From assembly GCA_964016885.1 (NCBI GenBank), contig OZ024742.1, positions 364,064,001 to 364,128,000 of the forward strand: a stretch of DNA of 64,000 nt, written 5' to 3'. The notes beneath the pieces are model-generated. The model saw only the letters and a program-made list of their open reading frames with translations, had not been told where the DNA came from and searched no databases. Within the stretch, counting starts at the first letter, position 1. Every line of letters begins with the position of its first letter. Below are positions 54,628 through 64,000 of this stretch, piece after piece. A program made the translations under genes and the position numbers. Source of the stretch: Eledone cirrhosa (lineage: Eukaryota).

Positions 54628-55062
54628 AGGAGCTCTTAAGAGTCAATGGCCATCCAAAATCACCGGGAGAGATGACCCCTTAGCCTTTGTAAAGGCAACA
54701 TTCTAGGAGAAGGAAAACTCTGATATAACACCTGCAACTCTGGTGGTATCCAATGATGTTGACTTGTTCTTCTTTTTGGTAAATATCATCTTGGTTAAGA
54801 GAGTGGGACTGGCTTTGTGCAGTGCCTTTGCTCACTATAAAAGTTTCACGGCACAGGCATTGCTTTATATCTGGAGATCTCTCTGCACTTGTCGTCACAT
54901 GGTACCATGGGCCCAGCACTATGTGTCAATAATTGTCATAAGTGTAGTGTTTGTACCAGAGTTTTTAAGTCGCTGGCTGGACTAAAATGTCACACTCGTT
55001 CAGCGCATCGGTAGGGTTTCTCCTACATGGATATAAAGTAGTGGCCGTACTCGAAAACGAGT
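54628..55062 (+). mobile_element. Copy of the TATG-tailed 600-bp element (truncated)
   Basis: Matches 15157-15590. Confidence 0.85.
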
Positions 55063-55161
55063 GGTTCACTGCCATTAAACACGCTGTGACTTCTCTCTCC
55101 CACGTGTAGCTGGACAGTCAATTTTAAAATTCTCTTAGTGTTGTCTGAATTGTATGGCCTT

Positions 55162-55241
55162 ACACACGCTGATGAACCGAGACTAGACCATTTCTTTCAA
55201 CAAATTTTTGGTGAAACATATCTTTGGATTTGTACGTGTGT
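55162..55241 (+). ncRNA. Type I hammerhead with full stem III in a solo pLTR (about 55063-55495)
   Basis: acacacg-CTGATGA-accga...ttggt-GAAA-catatc..gatttg-TA-cgtgtgt. Confidence 0.8.
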
Positions 55242-55519
55242 TATATAGTTATAAAGGTATTTATTTACGCTTTAATTTATATTTTTAATTATCGTGTCTA
55301 TAGTCTGCCTTTCATAGGTTATAGATTCCATACACTGGTGGTTTTTTCCCTGTATTATTGATAACGCACTATATATCTCTCTCTGGTGTGTTACCTTCTC
55401 AACATATTATATTTTAAAGGGCTCAGGATCTCTTCCCCTTTGAGCACATTATTTACAGGGAATAACGACGGCCTATGCCTCCGTTAATTTATCGTGATAT
55501 ATATATGTATATATATATT

Positions 55520-55552
<33 letters not shown>

Positions 55553-55589
55553 GTGTATATATATATGTATATATATGCGTATATGAGTG

Positions 55590-55664
<75 letters not shown>

Positions 55665-55809
55665 ATATGTATATATTTGTGTATGTATGTATATGTATAT
55701 ATATGTGTGTATGTGTATATATATATCTGTATAGATATATGTATTCATGTATGCATGTGTGTATGTGTGTGTATCTATGTATGTATATGTGTTTATCTAT
55801 GTATGTATG

Positions 55810-55877
<68 letters not shown>

Positions 55878-55967
55878 CGTGTGTGTGTGTGTGTGTATGT
55901 GTGTATATATGTGTATGTGTGTGTGTGTATATATATATGTATATATATGTATATATGTATATGTGTG

Positions 55968-56000
<33 letters not shown>

Positions 56001-56153
56001 TAGTGTATATATATACATATATGTGTATGTGTATGTATATGTGTATGTATGTATATATATACATATATATATATATGTGTATATATATATATGTGTGTGT
56101 ATGTGTATATATATGTGTATATATATATATGTATATATGTGTATATATGTATA

Positions 56154-56218
<65 letters not shown>

Positions 56219-56222
56219 GTGT

Positions 56223-56260
<38 letters not shown>

Positions 56261-56266
56261 GTGTGT

Positions 56267-56312
<46 letters not shown>

Positions 56313-56551
56313 TTTTATATATATATATATTTTTTTTTTAATATATATATATATAGTAATAATAATAAATTTGATATATATAGTAATAATATTAAATTTG
56401 AAAGTAGCGATTCTTTGCTTAAACTTTAATCTATTATTTTAATAAATATATATATATATATGTATATTTGTGTTTGTGAATTTATTTAATTTGTATAAGT
56501 GTATATATGTGTATATCTGTAACTGTCTTTGTATATGTTTGTATATGTGTA

Positions 56552-56643
<92 letters not shown>

Positions 56644-56679
56644 CATATGTGCGTGTGTGCGTGTGTGTGTGTGTGTATG

Positions 56680-57238
56680 TGAATGTGTCTGTTGACACCT
56701 GGAATATAGCTTAAGAGAAACATATCAATAATGATATGATAGGCACCCAATATTTTGAACTGGTTTATAGAATTTTCTTGGCCTTTGTCACTCTAAGTAG
56801 AACTTTAAAGAATTAGCTTTTAAAGAATTACCCATTCCTTTAAATCCATCAACCATGACCGATCCCAACCATCTTATAGACACCTGAAATATAGGCATTG
56901 TTAGCTTAAGAGAAACTTTAAAATAAGGAGGGGCACCCCATTTTGAACTTGTTTATAGAATTCTTTCTGCCTTTGCCACTCTAAATATAAATTATAGCCT
57001 TAAAGAATTATCTTTTAATGAATTCCCTTTTCTTTCAACCAATTACCTCCCCCCAGTCCACCTGAAAATATATAAATACCACAACATTTATTTTGGAAAC
57101 CCAGATTCCTGATGATTTCTAACGAATGAAACAGTTCTAGTCCTGTAGAATCTCATCTATATTAAAACTTGTATAATCTGCTATGTATTGAGTACCTTAC
57201 TTACTGAGATTACCTCCGATTTAACCCGGAATAACTTA

Positions 57239-57240
<2 letters not shown>
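56680..57240 (+). mobile_element. PLE pLTR; hammerhead 57103-57153
   Basis: agattc-CTGATGA-tttctaacgaat-GAAA-cag..ctg-TA-gaatct; ends at (TA)n. Confidence 0.88.
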
Positions 57241-57307
<67 letters not shown>

Positions 57308-57370
57308 GTATGTGTGTGTATGTATATATATATATGTATATATATATGTATATATATGTATATATGTATA

Positions 57371-57429
<59 letters not shown>

Positions 57430-57617
57430 TAGTGTATATATATACATATATGTGCATGTGTATGTATATGTGTATGTATGTATATATATATACATATATA
57501 TATGTGTATATATATATCTATATATGTGTGCGTGTGTGTGTATATATATGTGTATATATATATATATGTATATATGTGTATATATGTATATATATGTGTA
57601 TATATATATAAATATAC

Positions 57618-57657
<40 letters not shown>

Positions 57658-57664
57658 ATACATG

Positions 57665-57717
<53 letters not shown>

Positions 57718-58197
57718 ATGTATATATATATATATATATTTTTTTTTTTTATATATATATATATATAGTAATAATAATAAATTTGAAAGCTGCGATTCTT
57801 TGCTTAAATTTTAATCAATTATTTTAATAAATGTATATATATATGTATATTTGTGTATGTGAATTTATGTATTTTGTATAAGTGTATATATGTGTATATC
57901 TGTAACTGTGTTTGTATATGTTTGTATATGTATATGTTTATTTATATATACATATATATATATCTATATAGATATATATATATATATGAATAAAGTGGTC
58001 CTTCATCAGTGATCTTCCAACCATCATCGGTATTTCTTCGCTTTAAAGACCATATACCTCCGCTTGGTGCGAGGAACGGCTAAAGTAAGTCGTTGGGACA
58101 CGTAAATGAAGGGAACAGCGAGAGTCTAAACAAACAAAGATGGTGAAGCAACGAAAGCTTGTATATATACATATGTGTGTGTTTGTGTGTGTGTATG

Positions 58198-58756
58198 TGA
58201 ATGTGTCTGTTGACACCTGGAATATAGCTTAATAGAAACATATCAATAATGATATGATAGGCACCCAATATTTTGAACTGGTTTATAGAATTCTCTTGGC
58301 CTTTGTCACTCTAAGTAGAGCTTTAAAGAATTAGCTTTTAAAGAATTACCCTTTCCTTTAAATCCATCAACCATGACCGATCCCAACCATCTTATAGACA
58401 CCTGAAATATAGGCATTGTTAGCTTAAGAGAAACTTTAAAATAAGGAGTGGCACCCCAATTTGAACTTGTTTATAGAATTCTTTCTGCCTTTGCCACTCT
58501 AAATATAAATTATAGCCTTAAAGAATTATCTTTTAATGAATTCCCTTTTCTTTCAACCAATGACCTCCCCCCAGTCCACCTGAAAATATATAAATACCAC
58601 AACATTTATTTTGGAAAGCCAGATTCCTGATGATTTCTAACGAATGAAACAGTTCTAGTCCTGTAGAATCTCATCTATATTAAAACTTTTATAATCTGCT
58701 ATGTATTGAGTACCTTACTTACTGAGATTACCTCCGATTCATCCCGGAATAACTTA

Positions 58757-58758
<2 letters not shown>
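58198..58758 (+). mobile_element. Duplicate PLE pLTR; hammerhead 58621-58671
   Basis: Near-identical to 56680-57240. Confidence 0.88.
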
Positions 58759-58840
<82 letters not shown>

Positions 58841-59096
58841 TATGTGTGTTGTGTGTGGGTGTGTCCAAAGATAACTGGTGAGAGAACCAATGTCAGCACT
58901 CGATTCAGAGCAGACTGTATACAATAAGAAAGTAGAAGTGTTACATAGGAGATTTATTGCTCAATCCTGGTTACAAATGTCTCTGACGAAGCCGGCTTAT
59001 GATATGTGTTGACACGCCAAATCACGAGCCACATGCTTGAGAAACACATATAACCAGGTTTGAGCAATACATCTCCTAATATCACCGTCACTTTGT

Positions 59097-59141
<45 letters not shown>

Positions 59142-59143
<2 letters not shown>

Positions 59144-59615
59144 GTAGGAGGTGAGTTTTATTGTAGTACAATAAAGCAATGCAGATATCGGATAAGAAGC
59201 ACTCTACAGTTTGTAGGACTGGAGTATACATAATATAAGATCAAAAGATGGTTAAAGGAGTTCCATGTATTTTATTATGCGCATTTCAAAAACAAACATC
59301 ATCATGCAATAATATTTGTGTTTTCATCAGATAAAACAGGAGAACATGATATGAAGGCTAAAAAACACTTGTGGATAGTGCAGTTTTAAATCAACATATG
59401 AAAAGTGGTTTTAGATTTTCCCAATATCACACATCAATCTAAAACCACTTTTCATATGTTGATTTAAAACTGCACTTTCCACAAGTGTTTTTTAGCCTTC
59501 ATATCATGTTCTCCTGTTTTATCTGATGAAAACACAAATATTATTGCATGATGATGTTTGTTTTTGAAATGCGCATAATAAAATACATGGAACTCCTTTA
59601 ACCATCTTTTGATCT

Positions 59616-59623
<8 letters not shown>
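59142..59623 (-). mobile_element. Fold-back pLTR of the 36156 family; IR 59230-59623 with 18-bp spacer; hammerheads 59268-59338 (-) and 59515-59585 (+)
   Basis: Arms differ at about one position; 59142-59229 matches the reverse complement of 36502-36589. Confidence 0.9.
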
Positions 59624-59669
<46 letters not shown>

Positions 59670-59673
<4 letters not shown>

Positions 59674-60462
59674 AAAAAAATGAAATTTCATTTCTCACTC
59701 TCAGTATGGCTGATACGTAAATATAAGTATGTATACGTACATACATATATGTATACAGACGTACAGTAGTATGTATATATATAGATACATGCACACATAT
59801 ATATTTGTCAGTGTTGAACAAAATTGCAACGATGGTTGCTGAACACTCTACGGCTTAATTCGGGATGTTTGTTTACAAACAAGCCGAACATTATAATAAA
59901 TGTTCGGTGAATCCATACGTACATATATATATGTGTGCATGTATGTATATATATACATACTACTGTACGTCTGTATACATATATGTATGTACGTATACAT
60001 ACTTATATTTAAGTAACAGCCGTACTAAGTGTGAGAAATGAAATTTCGTTTCATTTTTTCCATTTATCGTTTTCGGTGCGCCCTGCCGATTAACTCACTC
60101 CATATGCAAATTAGGCTGCTCAGCCGTTAATATGCATAAGGAAATTATATACTTTCAGACGATCAATCATCGGGCAGGTAGCTATACGGTGCTGACGATA
60201 GCTAATAAGCTTGAAACTAGTACATCGTTCCTTTGTCAGTGTTGAACAAAAGTGAAACGGTGGTTGATAAACACTGTACGGCTTAATTCGGGATGTTTGT
60301 TTACAAACAAACCGAGCATTATAATAAATGTTCGGTGAATCCATACGTACATATATATATTTGTGCATGTATGTATATATATACATATATGTATGTACGT
60401 ATACATACTTATATTTATATGTATATATATATATATATATATGTACGTATACATACTTATAT

Positions 60463-60480
<18 letters not shown>
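59670..60480. repeat. Second locus of the 2800-3400 family, with inversion and partial tandem duplication
   Basis: 59670-59800 inverts 59920-60063; 59805-60010 resembles 60233-60420. Confidence 0.8.
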
Positions 60481-60522
<42 letters not shown>

Positions 60523-60578
60523 CGTTTCTGAATTTGTTTAGCAAGATTCTTTATCTGAAATCGTGTGTTGAAACCGAT

Positions 60579-62036
60579 ATTGTTATACTTTGGGAGGGTC
60601 ATGTTGCCAATAAGAAACACACGCACCAAATGCTTTCACTTCAATTTATTATATATTTATAAATTTATAAATTTATAAATTTCTGGTTGGTTGGTTGGTT
60701 CCACAACCAGATAGTTGTTTATATATAGTCATAGTTCTTTCGTCACACACTCTGTGACCTCTTCAGTGACTGGGATTCCTTTCTTTGTTTCTGTGCCTCT
60801 CCTTTGTTCTGTCCTACGCCATTTTGTTTCTGTGTGTGTGTTGTGTGCTCAGTCTGCGCATGCGCCACATCCGGGTGTCTGTGTGTGTTTATGTTCATTT
60901 ATTTATTTGTTTATTTACATGTTACTGGTTGGTTGTTTGTTCTATGTGTGTGTGTGTTTTCATTTTGTCCTTAATTGTAAGTTGTGATGTTGCTGTTCCA
61001 CTCATATTTCTATTTAATTTTGGTTGTAATTCTTTTATGTTTATTGCCTCTGTAATTTGTCTAAACATTGCGTCTTTTCTGTGTGTAGATTCTATTTTTA
61101 TATCATGTTCTCTAATTTACCCTTGTGTTCTATTTTAGCATGTTGGTAGAGTACAGATGATTCTTTATTATCTTGAAGGTCTCGCCAGTGTTCATTTATC
61201 CGTTCCCCTACACTACGAGCTGTCTCACCTATGTACACTATATTTTTGTCTCTACATTGTCCTTCAGTACATCTTATGCTATACACTACATTTCTAGTTT
61301 TACAGTTAATATGGGGGCTTATTTTACAGGTTATACATTTCTTATCTATACATGAGGGTCTTTGAAAAGGGTATGTCTTGCTAATAAGTGTTTTTACGGA
61401 GGTACCTGGTCTTTCTACTATCTTAATGTTGAGTTTATGTTTATTTAGGGCCCTTCTAAATTTGTAAGCTAATTCACATCTAGGGGTTGTATCGATGAAC
61501 ATTACACTCTGGTATTTATTGCTATCATACCATGAGTTTATTCTATTAGCCTTGTTCCTAGTTCTTTCTATTCTATTCCAAAATTTGCTCCTATACAAGG
61601 GGCAGGTCCCATTTATGTCATTATTTACTATTTTTTCCCATTTGGTTCTGGCTCCTCTATACACTCTGATTTTATCTCTCTGATTGTAGCCAGAGAACTG
61701 CATACGGTGGATGAAGTGTTGTATGTGTCTCTCTAGTTCTTCGGGGTTGCACATGCGGGACACATTTCTCATCACCCGTACCACTGAGCACACAACACAC
61801 ACACAGATACAAAATGGCGTAGGACAGAACAAAGGAGAGGCACAGAAACAAAGAAAGGAATCCCCAGTCACTGAAGAGGTCATATAGTGTGTGACGAAAG
61901 AACTATGACTATATATAAACAACTATCTGGTTGTGGAACCAACCAACCAACCAGAAATTTATAAATATATAATAAATTGAAGTGAAAGCAACTGGTGCGT
62001 GTGTTTCTTATTGGCAACATGAACCTCCCAAAGTAT

Positions 62037-62041
<5 letters not shown>
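60579..62041 (-). mobile_element. 5'-truncated PLE (GIY-YIG) with inverted 5' pLTR (arms 60579-60852 and 61783-62041)
   Basis: CKTRNVVYSIRC..IVYIGETARSVGERINEH; chimeric ORF junction at about 61782. Confidence 0.9.
61866..61910 (+). ncRNA. Minimal hammerhead (mirror copy 60727-60771 minus)
   Basis: agtca-CTGAAGA-g.gtcat..gtgac-GAAA-gaac-TA-tgact. Confidence 0.82.
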
Positions 62042-62105
<64 letters not shown>

Positions 62106-62857
62106 TGTGATTTTCAGAGACTTGAGAATGAGTACACAATAACGAAGTTGAATATTAAATGTTTTTTGTGATTAAGGAATGTGTCCTGTTATTCTGGAAA
62201 TTTACCTCAAGACTCGCCAATCAGCCTCAATAAAGGATACACGGACACTCACACATTAACATACATGTACACACCCACACTCACTCTCACACACGCACAC
62301 TCACATGCACGCACACGCATGTACTCACACACTCATACTCACACCCACGCACACTCACACACGCCCACTGACACTCTTAGACTCACACACAGACGCAGAC
62401 AATCATACACATATATGTACGATTTTCTTTCTGCATTTTCTTAAATAAAAGAATACAACCTATTCGGCAATTTACTTTAATTTCTCCATATATAATTCCA
62501 TAGAGTCAGCAATTTCTTGAGAAACCTATGTAATATTTATTTATGGAAAAAATCCCACTTCTTTTAACATTAAACATTAGCCAGCAGGTATATGAACGCT
62601 AACATTAGTGAATTTAAATATGTTTTACATTGCACTGTTTAACCTGAAGGCAGGTATTCTATTACCAAGAAAGGCCGCTGGCATATACCGGTTACACAAT
62701 AGTTGAAATGGTTTCTTTATTCATTATGTTTTATCGTTAATGTTGTTTTTCCTCAGTACAATGGCATCCAATACACTTTAGATTTTATTTTATGTTGTAA
62801 TAAATTCCACCCAACTTCACATCCTCTTTTCTTTCCTCCTCCATCTCAACCACTCCT

Positions 62858-62913
<56 letters not shown>

Positions 62914-64000
62914 GTGTGTGTGGAATTGTGTAAGTGTGTGTCCGATAAAATATATCATACAATTGTGGTATTTACATGCGGTCATTTTCATTCTGTGTTC
63001 AAATTTAATCTATGTAAATTTAATATTTGCTAAATAAATACCATCCTCGATACAATTCTCCACAGCCTCCTCTGATAATTGTAATAGAAATCGATATTGC
63101 AAGAGTGATGCATTCTGCTAAATTAAGAATCCATCCACCCATCCAGAATATTCCTGGAGTGGTAATGTCGTAGTTGTGCCATACAGCGTATCGTTGTTAT
63201 TTAAAACTGGCGGTACATAGATCTCTCTAGACCGGGACACATCCGTGTTCAACATAGGAGAGAGGGTTTTGGAGAAAAATAGAATGAGCGAGGGAAAAGA
63301 AAGGAAATGAGTTAGATCTTGGAAGAGATATACGTGAAGAATCGACCTCCGCATTGAATTAGTACTTTACCGATCACTAATAGATGTAAAGCAATCTTGA
63401 TAGGTGGAAAAAATATCACAAAGTATTTCAGTTAATGTTCTAACGGCACTTTCAATTTGTCTCGTTAAATTTCAGATTTACTTTATGGACCCATAGCTAT
63501 TGTTGAAGTCACTGGCAAGACCTTTTTGAAACCTAGAGTAGCTCATTCCCTTTGCAGCTTGGAAAACAGCCGGTGTCTTCCACCGAATGAGGTGGGATAA
63601 GTAAGAAAGAGACATAGAGGAAAATTGACCAAATAACTGACTAGTACCTATTTATCAGCTTCGTAAGCATGATTTGAACACAGAGAGACGAAATGAATAC
63701 CACAAAAAATATTATTCGACGTCCTAACAGTTCAACCAACGCGTTGCACTAAACTAAAACATACAGTAGAGAAAAGAATATTTTAAACATTTTTTTAATA
63801 AAATTTTCTCTCCAGTCAATAAAGGTAGTGAGTCGTTTTAGCAATGGACAGTTTTTCCACTGATAATATCTTTAAACATCAATTAATTCACCTTTAATTA
63901 AACAAGATATAAATTGCCAATAAACAACCATTAATTCTTAAACTTGAGAAAAAAAACAAAACGAAACAATTATTATGAAGAGCTTCAGCAATTCTATCTA

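Noticed and set aside
63118-63354. Short unique-sequence ORF as a possible host exon
   Set aside because: No recognisable motif or supportable splice structure.

Overview
AT-rich eukaryotic intergenic or intronic DNA with no recognisable host gene. The MetaSINE-like SINEs and extreme (TA)n/(CA)n/(TATG)n content suggest a coleoid cephalopod such as Octopus (inference). The window is dominated by Penelope-like retroelements (PLEs) from several clades: one open RT+GIY-YIG ORF at 16-2073, several Naiad-type and other decayed copies, and many solo or truncated pseudo-LTRs (pLTRs). Nearly all sit in (TA)n tracts, and many are folded back into long palindromes. By eye, about 16 different pLTR families each carry their own type I hammerhead ribozyme (about 30 copies on both strands), most with a palindromic minimal stem III. 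Several families share non-canonical cores: CCGANGA or CAGAAGA at position 4, and UUGANAA with a U3-A8 covariation. One Naiad copy has an in-frame TGA at a conserved Cys, a possible selenocysteine site. Also present: a Tx1/L1 LINE, R4-like and RTE-X fragments, a mariner remnant and MITEs, a tandem TATG-tailed 600-bp non-coding element, and a CCAAT minisatellite that appears amplified from a SINE 5' end. Most ORF-track entries are microsatellite artefacts. All folds and alignments were done by eye.
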